DNA of 64,000 bases from Schmidtea polychroa (Eukaryota): contig CM097888.1 of assembly GCA_044892525.1 (NCBI GenBank), forward strand, positions 78,616,001 through 78,680,000, given 5' to 3'. Positions 14,501-26,779 of this stretch are shown one piece after another. The notes under the pieces are model-generated. The model was not told the DNA's origin and did not search any database. It saw nothing but the letters and a program-made list of their open reading frames with translations. The translations under genes were made by a program, and so were the position numbers. The first letter of the stretch is position 1. Each line of letters starts with the position of its first letter.

Positions 14501-17500
14501 TTTATTAAAGTACGAAATTTGTATGTCATTCTCAAGAATCTTAATTAACCACAAAATGAACAGAAATTAACAAATTAACCAATAAAATTAATCAATCAGT
14601 AATATTAATCAATCAATAAAATTAATTAGTGATTTAATAAATTTAATGTAAAATATCATTTTCACATAAAATAAAAAAATGGTCTACAAATACTTGGAAA
14701 ATTACAAAGATGTAATTTATAGACAATTTATTAGAAGTACGAAATTTGTATGTCATTCTAAAGAATCTTAATTAACCACAAAAAGAACAAAAATATCAAA
14801 ATATATGTTGCATTCATTTGCGGTTTCATTTGCACTAAATAAAATAAAACTTTCAGAGTTTTCTATTTTAACAGAATCAATCTCCAAAAAAGGCAGGCAT
14901 TATATTAGTTTCTGTTTAATTAATTCTTTAAAAACTATCACGAAAGGCAAATCGCTCAACAATTAGGTTAACTTTGAGCTGTTTTGCAAAAAGCCAAAGT
15001 GAATTATTGTTTCGCCTCCTTTACCTGTCAAATATCAAAGTTACACACCTCGGCACCACAGCCACAGTATCAAACCGTATAGAGCTACAAATACCTGTAC
15101 AATAGAGCCGGTAAAAACATTTTTCAATTTTTTTATTCGTCGATATTTGTTTTCGAAATTTATCATAAATTTAATTAACAATATAATGATTAAATCCATC
15201 AAAATTTCTGGACTAAAATTACCGACTATTTTGTAAATGATTTTCTAAGCCTTTTTATTACAAAACATTTAATTTTATTTTCCTTATCCTTTTCAAAATA
15301 ATATTAATCAACCAATAAAATTAATTAGCAATGAAATTAGTGATCTAATAGATTTAATGTAAAATATAATTTTTCACCTAAAAATAAAATAATGATCTAC
15401 AAACACCTGGAAAATTATTTGTCCAAAATTAATCCTTTCTAAGGTGGTGGCAATATACTGTACACCATTTTAAACTAATAAAAATATCTAAGTGTAACGC
15501 TGTCGGTAATCATTTTTACTTTTGGTACAACTACTGCCATCCTTCTCCCTAAAAGCCTCTTTTGTTTTTTTTCTGTCTTTATTTTTTTATGATCATTTGT
15601 AACTATATAATTATTATTAATAAACTTTGAGTTTTACATTACTTTTAGTTTCCTTTGCCTTAGAAAGGGTTAATCAATTAATAAAGCTACCCTTTGAAAT
15701 TAAACATCCAATAAAATTAATTAACCAATGGAATTAATCCAATAAAATCAATTAACCAATTAAAATCAAAAAAATCAATAATAATAATTTTTTCACTGTT
15801 AAATAAATAATTTGTGGGGGAAATATTGATTTATATTCTGAAATGAAGGAAAAAAGAAATTGAAAATTTAAATAAATTTCTCATTGCTTGAATATTAATT
15901 ATAAATCAGTCGTTTATAGTTTCGGGAGAATCCATATTTAATGCGCTAGATATTCTATGTCCCTTTTCTTTTAAATACAAACCATTTTATCACCAAAATT
16001 AGATAATACCTGTTGAATTTTGGTTTTGTTTTGCAGAGTGTTCATTCTCAACAAGTCCTTTTGAATTTGATGAAACATTTCTATATTTTGCGAATTCTCC
16101 TTGTGTAAATAATACTGATCGATGAATCGAAAATATTGATCCCGTTTAGATGATAATTTCTGTTCTCTTTTGTCAACATTTGGAGGAACGTAATTCTACT
16201 CAATCGCATTTACGATTAAACTAAAAATTTAGGAAACTAACTGAGAGTAATTTCCAGGTAATCGGTCTTAATGTTGCCGGAATTCCAAACCAGCTCAATT
16301 TCCTTAATTGTTCTATAGATATCGGTAAATCAGTAATTTCACTATAAAATTTAACCGAGATCAGTAACACTATTTTCAATGAGAGAATGAAATTTTCCTA
16401 ATCTTTGGTTTTCAACTTCTCCCTGAGGTAGTTGAGGATAGACTGAATGGCAATCAGTTAAACGAATTCCCATTCCTGGGCAAACCTTTTTAGGAAATGA
16501 GTCCAAAGAATCAGAATGAATTTCAACCTAATTTTTAATTAATTATTAACAAGAATTATTACGACATTGATGATCAATTTTTGTGATCATCAAAAATCTT
16601 ATTTAAGCTTTCACATTTTTAAAATTTTGATCAAAGTTTTATATCGATCAATGACAAAATATAACGAGCATGATTATTGTATATATTCACAATAATATCA
16701 TTTATGTTTAACACTAGATTTATAGATAATTTAACAATGTCAGTTATTCCAATACCAGTCAAAATGAGGTAGGGTTTCCAAGTCTTTATAAATTTTGTTA
16801 AAAATAAAAACTACTTCAATTAGGTGAATTTGTAATATATTTTATTAATTATAAATTGATTGGTTAGTTAATTGAAACATAAAATTATTCGAGTCATATC
16901 CACAACATAAGATACATATATTTTTATTACTATATAGCAGTGGTTCTCAACCCGTGTTCCGCGAAAAAAATGACATTTTATTTTTAAATTTGCATTTAAG
17001 ATACATATCATCAAAAACCTCAATTAATTTTTTTATAAGATGATTCAATAAGAAAGCCGTTACACAGATATATAGACATACAAATATAAAAGTGTTTTTA
17101 TTGCTTGTTATTGTTGCGCGTAATATTTTCTTTGCTTATAAGAAGGCATTGTTTACGTTTACGACAGATTTATAGTAATTTGTGATTGGTCACTCATTGT
17201 GGGCAAGTATTTTTTGTCAGTGTTCCGCGTAAAAAAAATCATGTGAATGGTGTTCCACGCTTTTAAATTAATTGAGAACCACTGTTCTATACAGTATAAT
17301 AAAGAGCACAGTAAACATATAACATAATCAGGATTTTAAAATTCCATTTCAATTCTGAATCAGAAACATATAAAGTAGTAGTAGTATTGAGTTTGCCACA
17401 ATTTTTACATACATAGATTTTGCTTTGTGTACATTTTCCACATACAAGTTTTTAGCATGTATTACAAATAGCCGTGGTCCTATTATTATTACAGTATCCT

Positions 17501-20500
17501 ATTTGATACCATTTACGTATATGAATGGTGCTACTTGAACTTGGTATATCAGCTGCTTTGGTGGTTTTTTTGAAATCTAGTATTCAGAAGCAAGACAAAA
17601 CAAAAAATTTTCTCTTGATATATTTTCACCTGTAGTGTTTTTATACAATATCCAGGCATATATTCCAGCTAAATCTAGAATATTGAAAAAAACTTGAAGT
17701 GGCCATCTTCTGGAACCTGATTTTACACTATATTTTCGTGCCATTTGATCAGTAACATCGACGCCAAATTTAGAATTGTTATAAAAAGACAGATTTGGGT
17801 AATTTCTTTCTAGTTTTATCAATTTTGACGTGTTTGTGCTTTGTACTTAGTAAAAATACTTTCTTCTTCGATTTACTCTTGTAAATAGTAAGTGTACATC
17901 CATTTGATTAGTAAAGCAACGTGGAATAACGATCCATTCTATCTTTCTTTGTTTTGCAGATCTTTGGTAGTTCCCTTTTATTTCCACGTATTGTTCCAAC
18001 AAATGTAGTATTTTTTTATAGTAATTTCAACGCAAGAGGAATACTTGTAAAGAAAGTGTCCGTTGTAATGGTTTCCTAGTATATGATTCCAAAAGTTTCA
18101 AAACAAGAAATTCACTTAGAGTTGTTGATGAATCTTGTGTACCATCTTTTCCTAAATAAGGAAATCCATTTATAATATATCTAGTTTCAACATCAGACGC
18201 TAGCCAAAATTTTATGCCAAATTTGCCGGGTTGGTTTGGCATATATTGTGTGAACCTGCATCTGGCCTTAGTTGGAAAGAGTTGCTCATCCACCGTAATA
18301 TGTGCACCTGGTTTGAAGCAATTTTGACTATTTTCAAGGAATTTATTCCAAACTGTTGAAACTAATGACAATTTGTCTGTTTGTAAACGTTGACTTCTCT
18401 CATTTCTTTTTTCAAAACGAATAAATCTTAGAATCTATGTAAAATCATTTCGACTCAGTTTTGGAAAAAAAAATCTGGCCCCCACTTCTTATTCCATAAA
18501 TATTTCAGTCTCAAAGTTTTTGCCTCGTACGCTCCACGTGCATACAATAACGCCATGAATACCTTCAATTTTGCTTGCCGAAATATCCTTTTTTTAACTC
18601 GAGAAGTTTCTAATTCCGTACACGTCAATTACTAACAAAAATGCGCTACTTAGTTCCTCCTTCATAATATTTCTTTTTGCATATGCTGTAGGGCCGTGAA
18701 CATCCTTGAAAATACGGCTAATTGATAATTTTTCAGCAATGTGCCCTTCTTTCATTTTTTTCCAAACAGTTCCGTCTTTACCAATTTATAGACACCTTTC
18801 AACCTCGCCACTAGAATTGAATGCCAGTGGTAAACACCTTCGTTTACGTGTGTTTGAAATGTGTTTGTATTCACTGTCGCTGGACTCATCTTCATTCCTC
18901 TTATCAGAAATATTGCTGTCACAACTCTGAATATCAACACGTTTCCTTCCATGTGGATCACTTTTTTATCTAATAATTCGCCTTCGCTATCATAAAGCTC
19001 ATCATTTTCAACATCCGAACATTCCATAGGAATGTCCGTGATATTTTCCAAAAACACTGAAGCTTTTTTTGTTTTGCCATTTTTAGGGGCCTGACGATAT
19101 AAAAATCAATTCACACTAATAAAATAATATTTCTCTCTGTATTTAGTTTTCTTACCAAAAAATATCTTGAATTATTTGTTATCCAAAGAATTGTTTCTTT
19201 CCAGTGTGATCACCAAAATTCCACAGTAAACACCTCACAAAATTAAGTCAACGACTGCAAATTTATTGCGAATTATGTAATTATCACTAACTTGAAATTT
19301 TGTTTTTATCGTGCTACAATTGCGCAGCATTTAGAATGTAATTTCATAGTATTACATAGAAAAATGCACCATTCATTTTGATTGGTTCGGTATAAGTACT
19401 GATGATAATCAAAAACTTTTTGATTATGAATGAAAATATAAAACTAACGGCATAATATTATTCATTTAGTTATCAATTTAAAAGTCAATCAATCATTTCC
19501 AAAAAAAAATCAAGGCGAAGTAGAATTCAAAAATGAAATTGTAAAACCAGTCATTTTGACTGGTGTGGTAAATCTAGTGTTAATAAATGGTTATTTAAGA
19601 ATCTTTTTCATCAATTATCTGCTTCTGCAAAATCTTTCAGATTGAAAAAGTATTGAAAAATTATTTAAGAATCCCAGATGATTGTCACTCTTTGTTGTTG
19701 ACTTAGGAAAACGATGAGTTCCCTGGTGGACTCAAACTGACGATCGAATTGAAATGCATATTCTACCTCTTTATGAGTTTATATTTATTCTTGTGTCACA
19801 ATAGAAAGAAATTAAATTACAATTATTGGAAGGTGAGGATATTATTTATTTGGCTTCGTGTAATGATGGAAATACCATATTTGCATAGCTTCTATAACCT
19901 TAGTTATTTTACTGGTTATTTTACACATGCTGTGTTATTAAGAAATGCAAACATATGTTTAAAATGACTAAATTTTCTCAAGTGACATATACAATAACAA
20001 TGTGGTCTCAATTATACATATAAGGGGCACAAGTGTTATATTAATTAATGAATTATTTTGACATTCAAGTCCAAATGTAACACGAGTAGAATTGAATACA
20101 AATAATATTTAGAAAATGAAAACATTTTATTTTTCGACATTTTATTAAGCATTGAAAATGTGATCAATAATTGTAAATGTGATTTGCATAATGAAAATTT
20201 TTATGGTTTCTTAACTTATACAATGATATAGATTCCATTTAGTTGAATAACAAGAAATATTTATTAGCAAATTAATTTTAGTGTTTGTGTTAGAAAATGA
20301 ATTACTTGAAATATATAAAGATTATGACTGGAAAAAAGCAGCCAAAACACCAATTTTAGCAACTTTTGCACTGTATGCAATTCATAATTAAGCATAAATA
20401 TTTAAATATATTTGTAAAACAAGTCAATTCACATTTCTAATGCCAACTCTTTAGGCAGTCACACCAATTTTAGTACCGAAATATACAGACAATTCTCGGT

Positions 20501-23500
20501 TTACAATCGTGATCAGTTTCTAATGAGTATTTGTTACCCGAAATTTTACAGTAATAAAAACAGTAAACTAGCACAATTATTAAACTAATGACGGTCAAGG
20601 GAAATTTTATAATTTATTAAAACCATTTATAAAGGTTTTTATTATTCTTATTATTTTTATATTTTTTTTATATATATAGACTTTTACACCATTAAAAAAT
20701 GCTAAAGGTATACGGATGCACTTGTAAACCGTTTGTGTGTATAGACAATTTTTTGGTCTCCAGAGGTGATTTTCATACGCCATGTTTACAAGTTTACAGA
20801 TATTTTTTCTGTGAATTATCTAATTCTCAACTGATGTGATTTCCAGTGTAGCAGGGAAAGTATGCAATAGAGTTGAATCAGCAATATTGTATACTTACCT
20901 GGCGCGAAGAGAAATCTTCGTGTATCCTGCATAGTACTGATGAGAGCCAAAAGCTCGAAACTAGTCTACTATTGGGATTTGCACTGGGTATCACAAAGCT
21001 TGTAAGGTTTATATTATTCAAATGTTAGACATCCGTAAAAAAAATAAATATATAGAAATAAAGGCAAATTTTGATGTTTCATTTATTTTGATCATTTGTT
21101 AAAAAAAAGAAAGCAGATCAAAGGTGGCATAAAAAATCGAGAATTTTGATAAATTAATTAGGACGCTTTATAATGTGAAATATTTTTCAACGATATGATC
21201 GTCATCATCATTTAAAATTTTTAAACTCAATAAAAATATAATGATACGAAAAATAAATTCAATAAATATCCTCAAAAAATTTGTTGATTGGATATTTATC
21301 AAATTGGATTGATATTTAGTCATTATTTGCTCATAAATTACACTAATTCTATATATACTTTTTTTTCTAAACTAGAAATTATGCATATTAGTGGTTTAAA
21401 TTTATATTTGATAATTCCAAAAATTACATAGATTTTTAAACTATCTTAAAATTTTTTAAAATCTTCAAAAAAATAAATGACAAATAAACGAGATCTTACA
21501 AATTATAGGTTTAAGAACATTAAAAGTTTAGATTTAATTTACTTAAAAGTCAATTATTTGTTTCCCTCGATAAGTTGAGTATTATTATATAGTTTAGTAG
21601 GATACTTGATAATCTAACTCCACGTGCTCTTGATCAAAAGAATAACTCAGCACAAGTAACTTTTATTAATATTACACTTTATAATCTTTCAGATTATGTC
21701 AATACAATTCAAATAAATTTATTCATTCTATATGACAAAATTGAAATTGATTAACTCTCATACAATGTGATACAACTATATATTTTAATATGCACGATGT
21801 AGGAATTGATTCTGAACTTGAGAAAAGAAATAAACTATCGGAAAATAGAACCAATAGTTTCACTTTTTTACACTTCTTTACAGCTAAATTTGGACTTATC
21901 ATGCACAAAATTTGTGGTAACATTGATAATGGGATTATTGCTTTTTAAAATGACTAAACATTATCCAGATGTTAGTATAATAAGTTAGAGATTCAAAAAA
22001 TCCAAAGGGAAAAAATTTGATTCAATTCTATTTTCTTTATTTGAAATAATAAAATAAAATTAATTTAAAACAATAATTTTAAAAAATCTGTACCGAAAAA
22101 ATTCCTTGAAACTCGAATTTATTGATCTGTAATAATAAAAGATGGGGAAATGAAAAAATCGTCACTTCTTATCGCAAATTTTCGTAAATTATTAACTTTA
22201 ACCGCCTTTATTTCTAATTATTAGTCCTAACGTCCCTTTATAAGTAAGTATACACTTTACCACCGGAAATGAAATTCTTTTATCCATTTTGTTCAAATAT
22301 GAATAAAAATATTTTTTCCCAATAAGACTAAAACTGAAAACACAATCATGCAATAGCTGATTTGTTTATTTCAAAACTACTTTCAACTCTTTTGCATTTT
22401 AATTATAAGAGAAAATCACTTTTGTCTGTTTGTTTGGATGAAACAGGAAAAGCTTTCAAACGCTGAAATCTGGAATCAAGAAATTTCTGCTGGAACTTGT
22501 AGGTCAATGTAACATTTTTGGGTTCTTTACATTATTTAGTTCAAGAGTTATTGGTGGAAACTGTTTATGGAATAGTTACATAAAATTACGGGCTTCAATT
22601 GAGCAGACACATGGTTTTTAAATAGATATGGGTGTAAGCCGATATAATCATATTATAAGTAATTGGCGATGACTTAACTACTAATGTCTTTCTTAGGAGC
22701 ATTAATTTTTAGAGTATTTCAGTGGGAAAAATAGCTGAGTATATATATATATATATATACACCAGGGAAAGTATGCAATAGAGTTGAAAAAGTAATATTG
22801 TATACTTACCTGGCGCAGAGAAATCTTCGCGTCTCCTGCATAGTACTGATGAGAGCCAAAAGCTCGAAACTAGTCTACTATTGGGGTTTGCACTGGATAT
22901 CACTAAGCTTGTAATGTTTATTTTACATATATATATTTTTTTGATCAAGAAAAGGATAAACAAAAATCCCAAACAGAAGAGGACATTAATTTCCAAAGAG
23001 AAATATTAGAAACCCACGAAAGTGAAAGTGAACAAGAAGAGGAAAGATCCTACAATGAGGACAAATACTTCGAAACAGACTATGATTCCCGGAGCTTAGA
23101 TTTGAGAACTGAAGAATCCGAAGAAAGCGAATGTGAAATAGAAGCTAAATACGCACGATTTTACAACAACATAAAAGGAATAACACCTAAAAACCAAAAA
23201 GAAATGGTAGGCTTAAAAACAATAATGACAGCACTAGCAAAGAAAGAAAATGCAACTAAAAAACGCATAGAAGGAACGGAAGCCAAAAAGGGAGCACAAG
23301 CAGAAAAAGAAAATGCGACTAAAAAACGCATAGAAAAAGAGGAAGCCAAAAAACCGTGATAACGTATAAAATAAGTCAAAAAGAAAACGACCGGAAAAGA
23401 TAAAAATCTAAAAGGAAAAACGGCAAAAAATAAAATGGAATATAAAAACTAAGAAGCAAAAAATCTTCAAAAGAAACCAAAATCACATAAAGTGCCGATG

Positions 23501-24833
23501 ATTATGCCCGCATAGATAAAATAGTATATGTGTAAACTCTATTTCTAGATTAGAATGAAGATCTATAAAATGATTTAATTCTATCTGTTTGCAATATATT
23601 AATTATATAATTAAATAAAAAATAAATAATAAATAATATATATTAATATATATGGACATTTGTAACAGACTCATAAATGACTTGACCAATGCAAACGAAT
23701 GTATTATCGAACGCACGAGAAGTTTCTTTATGATGATGTAATTAATGTTTTACTAATTGATTGAGTGATTAAATTGTTTGTATGTGCATATCAGTGTTAA
23801 GAAGTGAATTCAATTTGATTCTCGCACGACACTCGAATATGAGTATTCACGAGCTATATGAATGATTTCGTTGGCACCACTAATCAGAATTATTGATAAG
23901 AACGGTGCAAAATTGTGCTATTTAATGCGGCCTGCTGGTGGAGTAGTCAGTCTCTAACATGGTACCGATGAGAGGGAAATAATATCGAAACTAGTCTACC
24001 ATTAAAACCGCATTGGATATCACATTTAATTTTATTTAATCATTTGATTCTATTATTTTAAAATTATCTGCAAATATGGTTGCACTGGTTGTTTTCCTTT
24101 TATAATTGAATACTGAAACGTGTTATTCGTTAGCCGCCATTGATATAGTGCTAAATCAATGAAAATTGTCCCTTTCAAACAAATGTTTCTATTAATCCCT
24201 AGTGATTCCCTTTTCAATAAGAACAAATAATCTATTTGACCCTCTAGCTGACGCTTTTACTCCTATTAATTCGGTTATTTTTATCTGGTTTTCCTTTTCT
24301 GTTTTAATTTATACTCCTAGTGATTGTCTGTGGGGTGAGATCTTAACGATAAACAGGATAATTAATCTAATAAATCATTAAAAGAGAACATGTAAGCAAA
24401 CTACTAGTGATATAATAATTATCGAGAAAAAAATAATAAATAGAAAATTACTTTAGCTTTTTTAGTTTTTATATTAATTGTTTTGATAGCGACATCAACT
24501 TCGGAACATGAATTAGAATTAAAATTGCTGGATTTTATTTCTTTTTGAGATTTATTTTGTATGAAATTGGTTTTATTTGATATTTGACCATTTTTATGTT
24601 GATTTATAACTGCTTCAGCTGTGGAATGTACGTCTATAATTTAATTATTTTGTCAAAAGTGAATTAAATAGATATTTGTAATTATTTAAATGATCAAGTT
24701 ATTATTTTTCTGCGAATACTGTACCTGGAAGATAAGGCCATTTAAAAAATTCATCGTCATCAACATTCCACGCATCAGCTGTACCTTTTTGGAAGGCATA
24801 AAATGAATTTGAATTTGAGTAGTCTTTACTCAT
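6671..24833 (-). CDS. TBC1D22: TBC1 domain family member 22 (Rab-GAP). Exons seen: 24833-24725, 24633-24452, 16527-16356, 16312-16242, 16195-16010, 11729-11609, 11554-11238, 6907-6671; further exons between 24451 and 16528 are possible
   Basis: N-terminal FQKGTADAWNVDDDEF motif; TBC-domain segments LRKLSWFGIPATLRPITWKLLS, FERVLFIWSMRHPASGYVQGINDL, EADCYWC, QFSFRWMNNLLMRE, FHVYVCASF; the mapped TBC-domain exons join in frame at GT-AG sites. Confidence 0.93.
7329..7523. other. Assembly gap (N run); other gaps at 12319-12476, 45985-46118 and 52380-52569
   Basis: Runs of N. Confidence 1.
9939..10080. repeat. Cluster of TCTCGAGAA/TTCTCGAGA motifs, probably a subterminal repeat array of a DNA-transposon remnant
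   Basis: At least five tctcgaga-like motifs in 140 bp, starting at CAGAGTTGGG. Confidence 0.4.
13150..13800 (-). pseudogene. Possible highly decayed hAT-type transposase fragment
   Basis: A frameshifted AQFI(H)C/YAHNL segment resembles the hAT HC-x-AH-x-L motif; many stops. Confidence 0.2.
16938..17284. mobile_element. hAT (Charlie-like) MITE nested inside the piggyBac
   Basis: TIRs CAGTGGTTCTCAA...TTGAGAACCACTG; flanking 8-mers ctatatag/ttctatac match only partly. Confidence 0.75.
17340..19080 (-). pseudogene. piggyBac transposase with frameshifts and stops
   Basis: HITVDEQLFPTKARCRFTQYMPNQPGKFGIKFW and YNNSKFGVDVTDQMARKYS..RRWPLQVFFNILD DDD-family motifs; Cys-rich C-terminal remnant. Confidence 0.92.
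20835..20995 (+). ncRNA. Type I hammerhead ribozyme HHR1 within a structured cassette; predicted cleavage after C20966
   Basis: ATAGTA-CTGATGA-GAGC(CAAAA)GCTC-GAAA-C(TA)G-TC-TACTAT: intact core, 4-bp stem II, palindromic ACTAGT stem III, 6-bp stem I; outer stem 20835-20851 pairs with 20979-20995. Confidence 0.9.
22762..22904 (+). ncRNA. Type I hammerhead ribozyme HHR2, a close copy of HHR1; predicted cleavage after C22875
   Basis: Identical catalytic core at 22840-22881, same upstream hairpins, and downstream TTGCACTGGATATCAC. Confidence 0.9.
22907..23359 (+). pseudogene. About 150-codon open frame without a canonical ATG start (acidic N-terminal part, Lys/Glu/Ala-rich C-terminal part with 2x KENATKKRIE)
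   Basis: Stop-free from 22907 to TGA 23357-23359; starts immediately after HHR2. Confidence 0.4.
23914..24024 (+). ncRNA. Divergent type I hammerhead HHR3 (CCGAUGA core, imperfect stem II)
   Basis: ATGGTA-CCGATGA-...-GAAAC-TA-GTC-TACCAT with a compensatory stem I; outer stem TGTGCTATTTAATGCGG pairs with CCGCATTGGATATCACA. Confidence 0.7.
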
Positions 24834-25155
24834 TAATTTAATTAATATTTTTATACTTCAAAGATATTTTTAAATAATAATAATAATTCTGAAATAATTA
24901 AATTTTAACCAAAAGCGTTTAACAATTGTTTAATACAATTTAACAAATTTATATATTTAAACAAAATTGGTTTATTTTAAATTAGAAAACATTGTTTAAC
25001 ATAATTTAAAATCTATTTATTTTTCAAACCATTATATATTTCATAAATAATAAGTAAGTCTTTTCCTACATTTTACAATTGTTAGAAAATTGAAGATACT
25101 CCTAAAATTTTCTTGACATAAATTTTAAAGGTGACTTTTAATAATTAAAAATAAA

Positions 25156-25594
25156 GACGAAACTGTTGTAAAATTCCTTACCCAAATCAGTTTGCAAATT
25201 ATCGGGATGTCCGTCAACAAATAAACTTTTTATTGCTTGAGCAATTTCATTAGCAAATTTAGTTTTAACAGGTATAGCTCTCGCAAATCTGCTAAATATG
25301 TCAATACATGTTAAAAATATATTTGTAGCCTTTATTGATACTGGAATATGGAATCATTTCCAACAAATCCGCTTGCCATAAATCATCAATTCCAAATTTT
25401 TTATATGCTCTTGTTGGAAATCTTTTTAACATCGGTTTGTTGAAACTGTATGCAAGTTGGCTCGATAACCAATTTTTTGTCTCTTTCTTTGATTTCTTGA
25501 TTGCTTTCTTTTGTCTATCGATTCCGCCGAAAGATACTGGGTCTCTTGGATTTGTCCAAATTTTCTCCATTGCAACAATTTGAATTAAAATCAA
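25156..25594 (-). pseudogene. Polinton retroviral-like integrase, frameshifted and 3'-truncated
   Basis: NPRDPVSFGGID...WLSSQLAYSFNKPMLKRFPTR...GIDDLWQADLLEM...NKGYKYI then TCIDIFSRFA...LQTDLGKEFYN (first two catalytic Asp motifs). Confidence 0.9.
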
Positions 25595-25631
25595 GTTTGA
25601 AATTCAGTAATGAAGGACTACCACCCATTGT

Positions 25632-25990
25632 TTATGAACTTCGACTTCCTAATAAACCTGCTCCACCCAATAAATATAATGCAAGAGGAATTAATGCAGC
25701 TATAAATCCTCCTTGTTGTTTATACATAATCTTTCTCATTTGTTTTTTGTTTTTGTAATTTACAAGTGATAGAAGCGATTTCTTGTGTTTTTCCAAAAAA
25801 TATGTTTTCTTGCACTGCTAATATTTATCTTACCATGTACAACTTTCATTATAATATCAAGTAAATCATCTATCACAAATGTAGCGAATGCTTGTAAAAT
25901 TGTTATTCTTGATTGTTTAGGAGCCTTCAGCAAAGAATTAAAATATGGTAAGCTTCTTGTGGTAAGCTCTAGATGCTATAAAATCTTTAG
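25632..25990 (-). pseudogene. Polinton conserved small basic ORF ending in KQQGGFIAALIPLAL, frameshifted
   Basis: The Q-x-GGF hydrophobic C-terminus is characteristic of the small core-protein-like ORF of Polintons. Confidence 0.6.
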
Positions 25991-26155
25991 GTTTTTGTTT
26001 TAATAATTGAAACTCTTTTGGTTCAGTTGTAGCTAGTTTTCAGTGGAATTTTATTTGTAATTTTCCTCTTCTTACGCTTTGCAATCAAATTCTTTAATTT
26101 TTTTGAAGGTTTGACAATTACTTTTTGAAAAGATATTATTAATCTTTTCAATTGA

Positions 26156-26779
26156 TCAACTTTGTTTATATACTGTGTCACCGTTTTTGTTAAATATATC
26201 TGTTCGGACTCGTAATTCATCCGAACATTTTTGGGTAAAGTCTAGAAATAAATATTCATGGGGAATTTTAGTTGCATCTTGAAATACTTCTAGTAAGAAC
26301 TTCCTATTGTTTGTGTATGCTTGTCTTGCTAGAAAATCAATAACTGTTGCATCTCTAGGGTTTTTTAAAATTGTTAGATAATGTACATTAAAATTGCGAG
26401 TTCTATGATTTCCTCCTTGATGGAAAAGATTTTGGGTTATAAAAATAACTGTAACTCCTACATGTCTAGAAATCTTTGTAAACAAATTATTAAATTCCTT
26501 TTCTTTGTTGGCTTCTTGATATAAATCATCAATGATGATGACATCACTCTTTTGTAAACGTTTTGTCCAATCTTTATCAAACCCTTTTATAATTTTCATT
26601 TGAACTTTACAGAATTCTGAATGCGTCAAACCATTTTCAGTTTCTGAACCTCGATGCCAATATATTTGGTTGAATTTTTCAACAAAAAAATTAGACTGGA
26701 GCAATTTACATACAAAAAGCGTTTTACCGCTTCCACAAGAACCGACAATTTGATAAACAGCTTCATTTTGTATTTCCAT
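26156..26779 (-). CDS. Polinton/A32-FtsK-like DNA packaging ATPase (207 aa)
   Basis: Walker A GSCGSGKT, Walker B VIIIDD, SRHVGVTVIFITQNLF, and KNPRD motifs typical of Maverick ATPases. Confidence 0.9.
   Translation of the reverse strand: MEIQNEAVYQIVGSCGSGKTLFVCKLLQSNFFVEKFNQIYWHRGSETENGLTHSEFCKVQMKIIKGFDKDWTKRLQKSDVIIIDDLYQEANKEKEFNNLFTKISRHVGVTVIFITQNLFHQGGNHRTRNFNVHYLTILKNPRDATVIDFLARQAYTNNRKFLLEVFQDATKIPHEYLFLDFTQKCSDELRVRTDIFNKNGDTVYKQS

Larger units (their letters stand above)
16712..19579 (-). mobile_element. piggyBac (PGBD4-like) transposon, 2868 bp, intronic in TBC1D22
   Basis: TTAA on both sides (16708-16711, 19580-19583); terminal inverted repeats CACTAGATTTA plus subterminal ACCAGTCAAAATGA; encloses a piggyBac transposase pseudogene. 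Confidence 0.9.

Noticed and set aside
20891-20902. U1 snRNA gene or pseudogene (ATACTTACCTGG; also ~22802)
   Set aside because: Only the first 12 nt match; there is no U1 stem-loop I/II sequence or Sm site, and the segment is base-paired within the hammerhead cassette
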